Origin: Marinicella sp.
Lineage (GTDB): Bacteria > Pseudomonadota > Gammaproteobacteria > Xanthomonadales > Marinicellaceae
Assembly: GCA_965230295.1 (NCBI GenBank)
Contig: OZ246001.1
Span: forward strand, 1,184,001-1,248,000
Direction: 5' to 3'
DNA: 64,000 bases
Part shown: one piece after another, positions 1 through 9,974 of the stretch
Layout of the letters: each line of letters opens with the position of its first letter
How positions within the stretch are numbered: the stretch's first letter is position 1
The notes under the pieces: model-generated
Seen by the model: the letters and a program-made list of their open reading frames with translations, nothing else
Told to the model about the DNA's origin: nothing
Databases searched by the model: none
Translations under genes and position numbers: made by a program

Positions 1-275
1 AAACCATTTTTCTCCAACAACTGGTAACTCAATTCGATCAACTCATCGACACTCAAGCCCACATCGATGTGCATGGTGCGGGCTGAATACAGCAAGCGCT
101 CATAGTGTTCATGGGCCCGCAGAATTTTGGTACCCTGGTCAGTGGCGTAAGCACGAATGCCTTCGAACACGCCATTGCCATAATGAAATGATTGTTGGTA
201 TAAGCCAGTTCTGGTGTCCTTGGCCAATTGCCATTGCCCATTCAAGTAAATGATTGTGTTGTTATCGTAGTACAT
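1..275 (-). CDS. ilvE: Branched-chain amino acid aminotransferase (5' part; runs off the window)
   Basis: Manual translation from ATG at 275: MYYDNNTIIYLNGQWQLAKD...SFHYGNGVFEGIRAY...HEHYERLLYSA. HYGxGVFEGIRAY is the class IV aminotransferase signature. Not in the ORF track. Confidence 0.9.
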   Translation of the reverse strand, partial: MYYDNNTIIYLNGQWQLAKDTRTGLYQQSFHYGNGVFEGIRAYATDQGTKILRAHEHYERLLYSARTMHIDVGLSVDELIELSYQLLEKNG

Positions 276-325
276 GGTTTCGCTCTTTTTCAATTGTCGT
301 TTTTTTGCTTAATAAAAATTAAAGT

Positions 326-360
326 AAAAAAAAAGCCCTTCTTGGTGAGAAGGGCTTTTT
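326..360 (-). terminator. Attenuator terminator hairpin upstream of ilvE
   Basis: Minus strand reads AAAAAGCCCTTC-TCACCAA-GAAGGGC followed by a T9 tract, between the leader ORF and ilvE. Confidence 0.85.
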
Positions 361-385
361 TGGGGTTACCAATTGTTTGCCGAAC

Positions 386-463
386 TCACCACACACGTGG
401 GCCGATAATCACGAGAATGACTACGACGACGTTGATGAGGTTGATGTTGGCAATTAAATTCAT
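386..463 (-). CDS. ilv attenuator leader peptide (25 aa, Ile/Val/Leu-rich)
   Basis: MNLIANINLINVVVVILVIIGPRVW*, followed by an intrinsic terminator; same architecture as enterobacterial ilvL. Confidence 0.85.
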   Translation of the reverse strand: MNLIANINLINVVVVILVIIGPRVW

Positions 464-700
464 GTTTGGATTTTTCAGTTTTATGTTTTTAAAATTGGTA
501 AAAGTTTGTTCGTTTCGGCGTATGTTGGTACAAGAAAAATTGAATGTCAACGATTAATTTAAGAAATTTTCTTATGCATTTTTGATCTATAAAAAAAGCT
601 TTTCATTTTTCACAACTCTGTGTTAGCTTAGAAAAAGGCGTTGGTTTTTATGCACAGCCAACAATATTTTTATGCTTAATTTAACACCCAGGAGCTTGCC

Positions 701-823
701 ATGAAACGGCCAGATAACAGCACCAAGTACCATCGAACTTCTGTTCGCACATTCCCTGTCACCACCCAATCAAGTACCGCCCTCATTGCCCTCCTCAGCC
801 TCCTCATTCTGATTAGAATCTAA
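701..823 (+). CDS. Putative leu operon leader peptide (40 aa, Leu/Ile-rich C-terminus)
   Basis: AGGAG RBS, then MKRPDNSTKYHRTSVRTFPVTTQSSTALIALLSLLILIRI*; five CTC Leu codons clustered; ends 155 nt before leuA. Confidence 0.7.
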   Translation: MKRPDNSTKYHRTSVRTFPVTTQSSTALIALLSLLILIRI

Positions 824-978
824 TTTCGAATCAATCACTTAGGCCCGTTCTGATCATCAGAACAAATACCAAAAAATAATTTATTAAACTGACGTGAAGC
901 ATTCGAAGTTTACACTTTGGATACAGCCTTTTTGTATCTGCGTTTTGTGTCACTGCAGTCAACCAAGAGTAAAGAATA

Positions 979-2595
979 ATGAAACAAGTTAAAATTTTTG
1001 ATACCACATTGAGAGATGGGCAGCAATGCCCAGGCGCTGGTATGAGTTACACCAAAAACATTGAATACGCCCAATTAGCCAGCCGCATCAATGTCGATAT
1101 TTTAGAAGCAGGGTTTCCCAGCGCCAGTGCTGAAGACTTTAAAATTGTCAATCAGATTGCCAAGATGTATGCCCAACAAGCACACAGTCCAAAAGTGGCG
1201 GCTTTGAGCCAATTGAGAGAAGACCAGGTCAAACAAACCATCAAAGCATTGGACCCGCTGATTCCATCAGGACGCGCCATCTTGCATGTCTATTTGCCCG
1301 TGGCCCCGGCCTTGATGCAAGCCTCCTTAGGCAGCTATGCACAAGACCAGCAACAAATTTTAAAAGATGTACAGCGCATGGTTCAAATGGGCATTAAAGC
1401 CGGCCTGGAAGTTGAATTCAGCCCTGAAGCCTACTCACAAATGGCAGAAAACTTTGATTTCACCACCGAGTTGATCAGTGCTGCCATAGCCGCAGGTGCT
1501 TCGACCATCAATTGCCCTGACACCATCGGTCGGGCCTGTTATTTACAGGGTGATGATTACTTTGTGAATCACATGAACCAGCATGCTGAAATCATGAAAG
1601 CCCGATTCCCCAGCCGAGAAATCACTTGGTCGGTGCATTGTCACAATGACTTTGGCTTGGCTTTGGACAACAGCATGCGGGCCGTGTTTGAAGGCCCGGC
1701 CACACAAGTAGAAGGCTGTTTCAACGGCATTGGTGAACGGGCTGGTAATGCGGCTTTGGAACAATGCATCATGTACATTAAAACCTTCGGCGAAAGCCGT
1801 TCTGGCGAAAGCTACCGCACCCAGTGTCGCAGTCAACAAATCAGAAAAATTTCTGATTTCGTTGGCCAACACATGTTGTCCAGACAAGCCCATTGGCCCA
1901 TCAGTGGCGACAACGCCGCCAAACATTCTTCCGGCGGGCACACCAATGCCATTTTGAAAAATGCACACATCTATCAGCCCTTTAAACCCAGTGAAGTGGG
2001 ACAAAGTCTGTCATTTGTGTTTGGGCCATTAAGCGGCAGCAACCATGCCCAGTCGATCATTCGCAAGCATGGATACGTGTGCGAAGATCGAGAACGACAG
2101 AAAATCATGCAGCACATCAAAGACTTCCATCGCAACCGCCGCAAAGGGTTGACTGATGCCGAATTCATGATGGCTTATTTTGATTATCGAGCACCCATCA
2201 AAGTTGAAAACATCAGCTTTGAAAGTCGTGAGGATGGCAAACATTTTTCCATGCAGGCCCAAGTTTATGAGGAACCTGAAACCATTGACTTTGTGTGTAA
2301 GGACAGTGACACAGCCACCACCGCTTTACACCGGTTTTTAACAGAACGATTTGCGCCGTTCAAGATACAATCGTATCGCAGTGAATCCAAAGAACCTGGC
2401 CGTCATGCTGAAGCCCACGCCACCATCAGCATTGAAGTCGGCGGTGAATATTACCAGGGTAAAGCCCATGATCACGACATCGAATCGGCGGCATTGAAAG
2501 CGTTGGTGGATGCTTACAATCAATCCTTGATTGAACAACACCATGCCAGCGAACAGGAAGAAGAGGCTTATGTGGCTGTCGGTATGAGGGATTGA
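979..2595 (+). CDS. leuA: 2-isopropylmalate synthase
   Basis: IFDTTLRDGQQ, HCHNDFG and GIGERAGNA motifs; C-terminal regulatory domain. Confidence 0.93.
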   Translation: MKQVKIFDTTLRDGQQCPGAGMSYTKNIEYAQLASRINVDILEAGFPSASAEDFKIVNQIAKMYAQQAHSPKVAALSQLREDQVKQTIKALDPLIPSGRAILHVYLPVAPALMQASLGSYAQDQQQILKDVQRMVQMGIKAGLEVEFSPEAYSQMAENFDFTTELISAAIAAGASTINCPDTIGRACYLQGDDYFVNHMNQHAEIMKARFPSREITWSVHCHNDFGLALDNSMRAVFEGPATQVEGCFNGIGERAGNAALEQCIMYIKTFGESRSGESYRTQCRSQQIRKISDFVGQHMLSRQAHWPISGDNAAKHSSGGHTNAILKNAHIYQPFKPSEVGQSLSFVFGPLSGSNHAQSIIRKHGYVCEDRERQKIMQHIKDFHRNRRKGLTDAEFMMAYFDYRAPIKVENISFESREDGKHFSMQAQVYEEPETIDFVCKDSDTATTALHRFLTERFAPFKIQSYRSESKEPGRHAEAHATISIEVGGEYYQGKAHDHDIESAALKALVDAYNQSLIEQHHASEQEEEAYVAVGMRD

Positions 2596-2596
2596 C

Positions 2597-4006
2597 ATGA
2601 AACCCAAGATGAAAAACAATTTGGTAGAAAAAATTTGGCACCAGCATGTGGTGCATCAACAACCAGGTTTTCCTGATGTGCTGGCCATCGACTTTGCCCT
2701 GCTGCATGAAGTGACTTCTGCTCAAGCATTTGCAATGATTGAACAACAAGGGTTGTCAGTACACAACCCCAAACAATTCTTAGCCACCATTGATCACAGC
2801 ATACCTACGCGCCACAACCGCCATGAAGTGTTTGATGAAACCGCCAAAGAACAAATGCAACTGTTGCGTGATAACTGTCGGAAACACCTCATTCCCATTT
2901 GTGATTTAGACAGTCAACACCAAGGCATTGTGCATGTCATTGGACCTGAATTGGGCATCACCCAACCTGGCATGACTCTGGTTTGTGGCGATTCACATAC
3001 CGCCACTCACGGTGCCTTTGGGGCACTGGCCTTTGGTATTGGCACCTCCACTTTGGCACATGTTTTTGCCGCCGGTGCCGTTTTGATGAAAAAACCCAAA
3101 GTGATGCAAGTTCATTTCAATGGACAGCGACCTGCAGGTACCTATGCCAAAGACATGATCATGTATTTAATTGCAAAAATTGGCATTGGTGGTGCCACAG
3201 GTCATGTGATTGAATACACCGGCGAAGCCATAAAAGCACTGTCCATGGAACAACGCATGACTTTGTGTAACATGAGTATTGAATGCGGCGCCATAGCAGG
3301 TTTGATTGAGCCTGATGAAACCACCTTCGAGTACATCAAAGGCCGACCTTATGCACCCAAAGGTGCTGCCTGGTCTGAGGCAGTTGCTCACTGGCAAAGC
3401 CTGAAGAGCGATGTTGAATGCACTTATGATCAAGTCATTGAAATAGACATCAGCCATTTGAAACCGATGGTCAGCTGGGGTACCAATCCAGAACAAAGCA
3501 TTCACATCGATCAGCAAACCCCTAAAACTGATGCCAATAATCAAGATGCTTTTTCATACGTCAAACTCCAGGGTCAACAGCCCTTATTGGGCACACCCGT
3601 CGATTGGGCATTTGTAGGTTCCTGCACCAATGGTCGCATTGAAGACTTGCGAGTGGTTGCCGACATCCTGACAGGCCACCAAGTCGCTGAACATGTGACC
3701 ATGTATGTGGTACCAGGCTCTGAACAAGTGATGCAACAAGCCATCAAAGAAGGCTTGGATCAGGTATTTAATGACGCCGGCGCAGAATTTCGCATGCCTG
3801 GCTGTTCCATGTGTTTGGGCATGAATGATGACAAAGTACCAGCCGGTGCACGCTGTATCAGTTCCACCAATCGCAATTTTATCGGCCGTCAGGGTACTGG
3901 CAGCATCACCCATTTGGCATCACCTGCCACAGTGGCCTACAGTGCCATAGCCGGTTTCATCACCAGTGAATACCACCAACCCGTTAAACAACAGGAGGCC
4001 TCATGA
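2597..4006 (+). CDS. leuC: 3-isopropylmalate dehydratase large subunit
   Basis: LHEVTSAQAF, GDSHT, GSCTNGR, PGCSMCLGMN, STNRNF; alternative start at 2609. Confidence 0.96.
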   Translation: MKPKMKNNLVEKIWHQHVVHQQPGFPDVLAIDFALLHEVTSAQAFAMIEQQGLSVHNPKQFLATIDHSIPTRHNRHEVFDETAKEQMQLLRDNCRKHLIPICDLDSQHQGIVHVIGPELGITQPGMTLVCGDSHTATHGAFGALAFGIGTSTLAHVFAAGAVLMKKPKVMQVHFNGQRPAGTYAKDMIMYLIAKIGIGGATGHVIEYTGEAIKALSMEQRMTLCNMSIECGAIAGLIEPDETTFEYIKGRPYAPKGAAWSEAVAHWQSLKSDVECTYDQVIEIDISHLKPMVSWGTNPEQSIHIDQQTPKTDANNQDAFSYVKLQGQQPLLGTPVDWAFVGSCTNGRIEDLRVVADILTGHQVAEHVTMYVVPGSEQVMQQAIKEGLDQVFNDAGAEFRMPGCSMCLGMNDDKVPAGARCISSTNRNFIGRQGTGSITHLASPATVAYSAIAGFITSEYHQPVKQQEAS

Positions 4007-4638
4007 GCCATCAGCAAAATCAAGGCATCAAAACCATTCAAGGATTGTGTGCACCGATGATGATCAACGACATCGATACCGACATCATCATTCCGGCACA
4101 GCATTTAACCCAAACTTCTAAAAGTGGCTATGGTCAGCATGCTTTCGCTCGATTGAAACAAGCCGATCCCGACTTTGTCCTCAATCAAGACAAGTATCAA
4201 CAGGCCAAAGTGCTGGTCACTGGTGATAATTTTGGTTGTGGGTCTTCCCGTGAACATGCGGTATGGGCCATACAAGAACTGGGATTTGCGGCCATCATTG
4301 CACCTTCATTTGCAGATATATTCAGTAACAATGCCCGCAAAAACGGCCTGGTGTTGATCACTCAGAACATGGATCGATGCCTTGAATTGGCTGCGGCCTG
4401 TCAATCCACTGACCTACATGTTTCCATTGATTTGGTAGATACCAAAGTCAGTGCAGAACAGTTGAGTTTCAACTTTGAGATGAATCCTTTTTTTCAACAT
4501 TGCATCACCCAGGGACACAGTGAGTTGGATTACCTGATGGGTCACAAGACAGCCATACATACACGCCACCAACAAGCCGTTAACAACAAGCTTTTCATTG
4601 ACTTGAATGGTTATGAACATCGGAGCATACCCTCATGA
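4003..4638 (+). CDS. leuD: 3-isopropylmalate dehydratase small subunit
   Basis: IDTDIIIP and NFGCGSSREHA; ATGA overlap with leuC. Confidence 0.96.
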   Translation: MSHQQNQGIKTIQGLCAPMMINDIDTDIIIPAQHLTQTSKSGYGQHAFARLKQADPDFVLNQDKYQQAKVLVTGDNFGCGSSREHAVWAIQELGFAAIIAPSFADIFSNNARKNGLVLITQNMDRCLELAAACQSTDLHVSIDLVDTKVSAEQLSFNFEMNPFFQHCITQGHSELDYLMGHKTAIHTRHQQAVNNKLFIDLNGYEHRSIPS

Positions 4639-5702
4639 GCAGTTACCACATAGCCGTACTGCCCGGGGATGGCATTGGTCCGGAGGTGATGGAACAAACA
4701 TTGCGGGTGTTACATCAAGTGGCTCCACAAATCAGCGTTGAAACTGGCCTGATCGGAGGTGCCGCATATCTGAAACATGAAAACCACTTTCCAGATGTAA
4801 CCAAGTCATTGATTGATCGCAGTGAGGCGGTGTTATTTGGCTCAGTCGGTGGGCCCATAGATCAGGCCGAGGAACCTCAATGGAAAAACTGCGAGGTGAA
4901 TTCAATCCTGGCACTGCGCAACCACTTGCAACTGTCTGCCAATTACCGGCCTGCCAAATTTTATCCGGCCCTCAGGGACATCTCTCCCCTGAAAAATGAG
5001 CGGCTCGAAAACTGTGATGAAATACTGATCATCCGGGAACTGTTGGGTGATATTTATTTTGGTGCAAAACGCACGTTCAGCCACAATGGCTTTCAAGTGG
5101 CTGAAGACACCGCCACTTACGGTGAGCCATTAATCACCAAACTGGCTCATCAGGCCTTTCAAACAGCAGGTAAACGCAAAGGACAACTGGTGTCGGTCGA
5201 TAAAGCCAATGTGTTGGACACCTCAAAACTGTGGCGCCATGTCTTTAATCAGGTAGCTACTGAATACCCTGAAGTGCGTTTGACTCACATGTTGGTGGAT
5301 AACTGTGCCATGCAACTGATCATCAAACCGGGACAGTTCGATTTGATTGCCACCAGCAACCTGTTCGGTGACATTTTGTCAGATGCCGCCAGCGCACTGC
5401 CTGGCTCTTTGGGCATGATGCCATCAGCCAGCTTCAATGACCAAGGGTTCGGGTTGTATGAGCCTTCAGGTGGTTCTGCACCTGAATTAACGGGTCAAGA
5501 TGTGGCCAATCCCATGGCCCAATTGCTGTCAGCAGCGATGATGCTCAGACATTCATTTGGCCTAATCCATGAAGCCACAGCAATCGAACGAGCCATTGAT
5601 GCCACATTAGCTGCCGGATTCAGAACCGCTGACATCATGCAAACGGGGTGCCAGCAAGTTGGAACCACAGCGTTCACTGATCAAGTTCTATTTATGTTGT
5701 AA
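4635..5702 (+). CDS. leuB: 3-isopropylmalate dehydrogenase
   Basis: LPGDGIGPEV, VDKANVL, NLFGDILSD, YEPSGGSAP. Confidence 0.96.
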   Translation: MSSYHIAVLPGDGIGPEVMEQTLRVLHQVAPQISVETGLIGGAAYLKHENHFPDVTKSLIDRSEAVLFGSVGGPIDQAEEPQWKNCEVNSILALRNHLQLSANYRPAKFYPALRDISPLKNERLENCDEILIIRELLGDIYFGAKRTFSHNGFQVAEDTATYGEPLITKLAHQAFQTAGKRKGQLVSVDKANVLDTSKLWRHVFNQVATEYPEVRLTHMLVDNCAMQLIIKPGQFDLIATSNLFGDILSDAASALPGSLGMMPSASFNDQGFGLYEPSGGSAPELTGQDVANPMAQLLSAAMMLRHSFGLIHEATAIERAIDATLAAGFRTADIMQTGCQQVGTTAFTDQVLFML

Positions 5703-5735
5703 ATGAGGATTGATTTTCAGCGATCAGATGCCTGT

Positions 5736-6161
5736 TCAGTGGCTAGGTTCAGGCATCTTGTTATATTTTCGTAAACGAAAGGTCAGTAAGATTAAAGTAG
5801 ATAAGATCAATGAAAGGTAACATTTTGGCCAACCATTTGAAGTTTTTGGGCACACATCGTGGCCGAACAGTGTAGCCAATGAGCCTGCCAGAGCCAGTAT
5901 GAAAATCGGTAACCACCCTGAATAAAACAACCCATTACTTCTGGTGATTACTGAAACCATCATCAACCCATAAGCCAGAGCTACCAGATAACATAATGGC
6001 AGCACCCAAAATTCAGGACATGCATTGCCTTCTTGTACATGCTGAAAAGTCAGTTGAATTGCGCTGATAAAGCCTAAACTTGATAACAACATCAACACAA
6101 TGTGATATCTTGTGAGTGGTTTTTTTCTGAATGATTCATGCATCTGTGGATTTATGCTCAC
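5736..6161 (-). CDS. Four-TM membrane protein with two Cys pairs (DsbB/VKOR-like topology)
   Basis: Hydrophobic helices; loop cysteine pairs CPEFWVLPLC and CPKTSNGWPKC. Confidence 0.6.
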   Translation of the reverse strand: MSINPQMHESFRKKPLTRYHIVLMLLSSLGFISAIQLTFQHVQEGNACPEFWVLPLCYLVALAYGLMMVSVITRSNGLFYSGWLPIFILALAGSLATLFGHDVCPKTSNGWPKCYLSLILSTLILLTFRLRKYNKMPEPSH

Positions 6162-6429
6162 TGCCTTCTGGACGTGTTTTCTTCAGGGCATCACCCATTA
6201 TTTGAACGCGTTTTCCTACTTTGCTTTCAATCCAAAAAACAACTCGATTGAACCAACTCAGCCTACTTCTCATGTACTGAATACAAAATTGAGCCTTTGG
6301 ACTGGTACAGATTAAAGTGGTTAAACCACCAGCAATCATCACCGTCCCACCAGGAACTGGCGTCAACAAAGAAACCACGCCCAATAGCAGCATCAAGGAA
6401 GCCAAAATAGATAGCAGTAAATTCAACAC
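6136..6429 (-). CDS. Small membrane protein (PGPGW-like)
   Basis: Two hydrophobic segments joined by TPVPGG. Confidence 0.6.
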   Translation of the reverse strand: MLNLLLSILASLMLLLGVVSLLTPVPGGTVMIAGGLTTLICTSPKAQFCIQYMRSRLSWFNRVVFWIESKVGKRVQIMGDALKKTRPEGSEHKSTDA

Positions 6430-6452
6430 AACTGATACCGGTACAATTTAAA

Positions 6453-8147
6453 TCAGCCAGATACTGCTTGATCGTCTTTGAATACCGACTCATTTTCAGG
6501 TTCATCGGTTGACTTCAACTCTTCGATCACCGGAGTTTGGAATACCAATGTTTCATTCTGGAAAGGGCCATTCATTGAATCACTCATACCATTGATGTAT
6601 TGCACCGTAACTTCAGCCGCCTGAGACTGACCCAAACCAAATATCAAGGTGTGAGATTGGTCTGAACATAAGCCTTCACCCGATAAAAATGTCTGGTTCA
6701 CAGTGGTACCATCTGTTCTCTGCACCGAAACATTCGCTGCGATTGAACCAATGTTGTTTGGCAATTTCACTTTTAAGTAATTGGCATCACCTCCTCTGGA
6801 AATGAATGCTTTTGATTTGCCTGCCAGATTGATGTGGACCAAATCCGGGTAACCATCTTGATTAAAATCTGCAGTCACTGGTGCGATGCTGTATTGTTTA
6901 TTCTCAATACCAGCTTCTGCGCCAACAGCGGCAAACTCACCACCAGCAGTTTGTACCAAAAAGCGACCTGGTAAGCGTAAAAAAGGTATTTTATGAGGTG
7001 GCAGACCAATGTAGTTTTCAGAAACCACCAGATCATCACGACCATCCAGGTTAAAATCCTCAAACACTGCGCCCCAGGAGAATTCATAATCAGCCAACTT
7101 GTATTTATCTGCTACATCTTCAAAATCAAAACCTCCTTTGTTTTCAAACAGAATCCAATCAAAATTAGGCGTTTGGTCATCTCGTAAATCACCTTTGACC
7201 ATGAATCGAGGTGGTGTAGAACCCACATTTGAAAAGAACATGTCCAAATCACCATCATTGCCAAGATCACTGACTGCTATCCCCATCGGATAGGAGTAGA
7301 CTTGAGAGTTTGGATTGGGCATGTCTTTGAATTGATTGTTACCTAAATTTTTCCAGGTTTTTACATGGCCCGTGTCATGCGCTACAGTTAAATCTTCCAA
7401 CCCATCATTGTCCAAATCAGCAAAAACACCCATAAAAGTGTTGTGGACATAATAAAGCCCTGATGACCGAGTAATGTCAGTAAAGGTATTGTCACCATTG
7501 TTCAGCAGCATCAAACTGGTCCCACCATAACCTTCTTTGTTGAAGATGTTTTGACCCTCGACCAATTCCTTTTTGATGTAACCAGCCACATACATATCAA
7601 AGTGCCCATCTCGATTGATGTCAGCAATGGCCACGGACATAGGGCTGGTTTTGTCATTCAAAGGAATGTCTAATTGGGTCGATGAAAATTGCCCGCTACT
7701 GTTTTTATACAGCCATATTCCATTGGTTCTTGAAACGATCAAATCCGCATAGCCATTGTTATCCACATCAATGACTGAGGCCGCGAACGTCGCATCATTC
7801 AAAGGCGGTTTGATATACTTTGCTGATTTTGTGATGTTAACGAATTCGCCACCCCTATAAGCCATAATGGCATCATTTTGTCCAGGTCCACCCCCAATAA
7901 ACAGCTCTTCCACACCGTCATTATCGACATCTATCACCGCTCCTGCGGTGAATGGCAAAGAGGTACTGTCATCCAATGTGTTTTCAAAATCTATGATCTC
8001 TTCATTGAATGTTGGGATCTCGGTGCCTCCCAAAGCCACATCATAGTCTATACCTCTGTCATTAATCATTTTTACAGAAACCATCACCACCATCAAAATG
8101 ATCAAGATTGGAATCGCTTTCAACATAAACTTTAAAATCTTTTTCAT
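6453..8147 (-). CDS. CRTAC1-family protein (FG-GAP/VCBS repeats plus ASPIC/UnbV domain)
   Basis: Repeated DxDxDGxxD motifs (DVDNDG, DINRDG, DLDNDG, DFNLDG, DFNQDG); C-terminal QSHTLIFGLG; N-terminal anchor. Confidence 0.85.
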   Translation of the reverse strand: MKKILKFMLKAIPILIILMVVMVSVKMINDRGIDYDVALGGTEIPTFNEEIIDFENTLDDSTSLPFTAGAVIDVDNDGVEELFIGGGPGQNDAIMAYRGGEFVNITKSAKYIKPPLNDATFAASVIDVDNNGYADLIVSRTNGIWLYKNSSGQFSSTQLDIPLNDKTSPMSVAIADINRDGHFDMYVAGYIKKELVEGQNIFNKEGYGGTSLMLLNNGDNTFTDITRSSGLYYVHNTFMGVFADLDNDGLEDLTVAHDTGHVKTWKNLGNNQFKDMPNPNSQVYSYPMGIAVSDLGNDGDLDMFFSNVGSTPPRFMVKGDLRDDQTPNFDWILFENKGGFDFEDVADKYKLADYEFSWGAVFEDFNLDGRDDLVVSENYIGLPPHKIPFLRLPGRFLVQTAGGEFAAVGAEAGIENKQYSIAPVTADFNQDGYPDLVHINLAGKSKAFISRGGDANYLKVKLPNNIGSIAANVSVQRTDGTTVNQTFLSGEGLCSDQSHTLIFGLGQSQAAEVTVQYINGMSDSMNGPFQNETLVFQTPVIEELKSTDEPENESVFKDDQAVSG

Positions 8148-8824
8148 TCAGTCCTCTCCTCTCTTACTTTGATTTGTTTTACATGCCACATTGACATAAC
8201 AAAAAACACTAAAAATGCCACATTTAAGGCTATGGGCATTAAGTACTTTCCTACAGAAGGGATCACTAGAAATATCAAAAAGCACAGAATGATCCACAAG
8301 ATAGGGTTAAACAAACCCGCCCATTTCCGGTAATATGATCGACCAGTTAATACCAAATGCAAAAAAGACAATGACAACAGCAGTGTGGTGATGCGAGTGA
8401 TGGTCAGTAAATTTTCATAACGCATTTCATACAATGGAATTAAAGTCTCGACATCTACGCCCGAAACCAATAAGTGGTAAATGCTGCCTATTTGAGCCCG
8501 TGATCCTATCCACACCCCTCCAATCACAAAACCATAGGCACCGACCAACAGAGTGATCAGAGCTATTCTATGATTGGCCGGTTTCAGCATTAAATAAATG
8601 TGCCAGCAGCCCAACAAATACAATGGCAAACCTAATACGGCCAAAAAGTGTCCTTGGCTTAACCGATCTTCTGACACGTCTATCATGAACGAATAACCCA
8701 GGTCAGGTGAATACCTGGCCAAGGCATCAAAGTGCAAAAGAAACTCGCCCATACCAACCAAAACTGCACCCATCAAGCCTGCCACTCCGGTCAGAATCAG
8801 AATCTGATGCTGGTCTTTTTTCAT
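8144..8824 (-). CDS. Multi-pass membrane protein (DUF6796-like)
   Basis: About six hydrophobic helices; LVGMGEFLLH motif; overlaps the CRTAC1 start. Confidence 0.6.
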   Translation of the reverse strand: MKKDQHQILILTGVAGLMGAVLVGMGEFLLHFDALARYSPDLGYSFMIDVSEDRLSQGHFLAVLGLPLYLLGCWHIYLMLKPANHRIALITLLVGAYGFVIGGVWIGSRAQIGSIYHLLVSGVDVETLIPLYEMRYENLLTITRITTLLLSLSFLHLVLTGRSYYRKWAGLFNPILWIILCFLIFLVIPSVGKYLMPIALNVAFLVFFVMSMWHVKQIKVREERTE

Positions 8825-8990
8825 GTCATTCAATCCTCTGCTTTTCTTTTGATCGTACACTTCAGTTTTTATTCTGGCTGAATAGTGTGGTTATAATGAT
8901 TTGGAATTTTATCGAAATGAAACGATACAAAAGACTCCAATTAACTTTAAGTCTTGTCCAGTCTGCTCATTTCAGAAACAAAGAGGAAAC

Positions 8991-9917
8991 ATGGATATTT
9001 TGAGTGATTTACTACAGCAAAGCCAATTAACCGGCGGGGTGTATTATTGCCATGCCTTTGATGACCGTTGGGGCCTGGATATTGATGCTTCAATCCATGG
9101 CACTTTTCATATTTTAATCAGGGGTGCTGCACAATTGTCCTATCAAAACAAAATCATCAAAATGAAGGCTGGCGACATCATCGCCTTGCCGAATGGTCAC
9201 GCCCATTGGATTGGTTTAGATAAAAACTGTAGACGAGTTTCAATGTCAGACATCATCACTCTGTATCAAAAACCGATGATGGCCATGCCTGATATGGATT
9301 CTGTGGTATCGATCCTCTTGTCTGGCCACTTCAGCTTCAATAACCCAACACAATTTCCATTATTTAACGGCCTGCCTGATTGTATCCAAGTGGCATCCGC
9401 ATCGAATAAACACCTTGAATGGCTTCGAGCGCTGGTTATCAAAATGAATATGGAAGCCATTGAAAAGTCCATGGGTTCTGAACTGTTTCTAAATCGACAA
9501 GTTGAATTGTTATTTATCGAGCTGATGAGGCATTGGCTTCGAAAGAATAAAAGAAACAATGTCTTGTTAAAAGCCGCCAAGAATAAATTTGTATTCCAGG
9601 CTTTGACTCGTTTTCATGAATCCCCTGAGCAAGACCATAGATTAGAAGAGTTGGCTATAGAAGTAGGCACCAGCAGGGCCAACCTGACTAAAAAGTTCAC
9701 CAAAATTGTGGGTGTTGCTCCCATGACTTACCTGAACCGGTGGCGTATCCATAAAGCTTGTCATTTGTTAATCACGACCGACCTAAATGTTATGGAAGTG
9801 GCTTACAAAGTCGGTTACCAATCTGACTCTGCTCTGGCTAAAGTGTTCCGCAACGAACTTGGTATGTCACCTGGAACCTACCGGAAAAACAGTAAAAATA
9901 CAGTTCATTTGATTTAA
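8991..9917 (+). CDS. AraC-family transcriptional regulator with N-terminal cupin domain
   Basis: GAGG RBS before MDILSDLL; C-terminal HTH VAYKVGYQSDSALAKVFRNELGMSPGTYR. Confidence 0.92.
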   Translation: MDILSDLLQQSQLTGGVYYCHAFDDRWGLDIDASIHGTFHILIRGAAQLSYQNKIIKMKAGDIIALPNGHAHWIGLDKNCRRVSMSDIITLYQKPMMAMPDMDSVVSILLSGHFSFNNPTQFPLFNGLPDCIQVASASNKHLEWLRALVIKMNMEAIEKSMGSELFLNRQVELLFIELMRHWLRKNKRNNVLLKAAKNKFVFQALTRFHESPEQDHRLEELAIEVGTSRANLTKKFTKIVGVAPMTYLNRWRIHKACHLLITTDLNVMEVAYKVGYQSDSALAKVFRNELGMSPGTYRKNSKNTVHLI

Positions 9918-9949
9918 AAAAGGTGAGCAGCACCATGCTGCACACCTTC
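9918..9949. terminator. Hairpin between convergent genes
   Basis: AAGGTGAGCAGCA-CCA-TGCTGCACACCTT. Confidence 0.6.
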
Positions 9950-9974
9950 GTTTGGAGTGACCTGATAAGTCTTT

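Noticed and set aside
228-557. 109-aa plus-strand ORF from the ORF track
   Set aside because: Antisense shadow of the ilvE start, its terminator and its leader peptide.
6453-6500. CRTAC1 C-terminus ESVFKDDQAVSG as a seventh tag
   Set aside because: It lacks the second Phe and the D-x-I-F start, so it is too weak a match.
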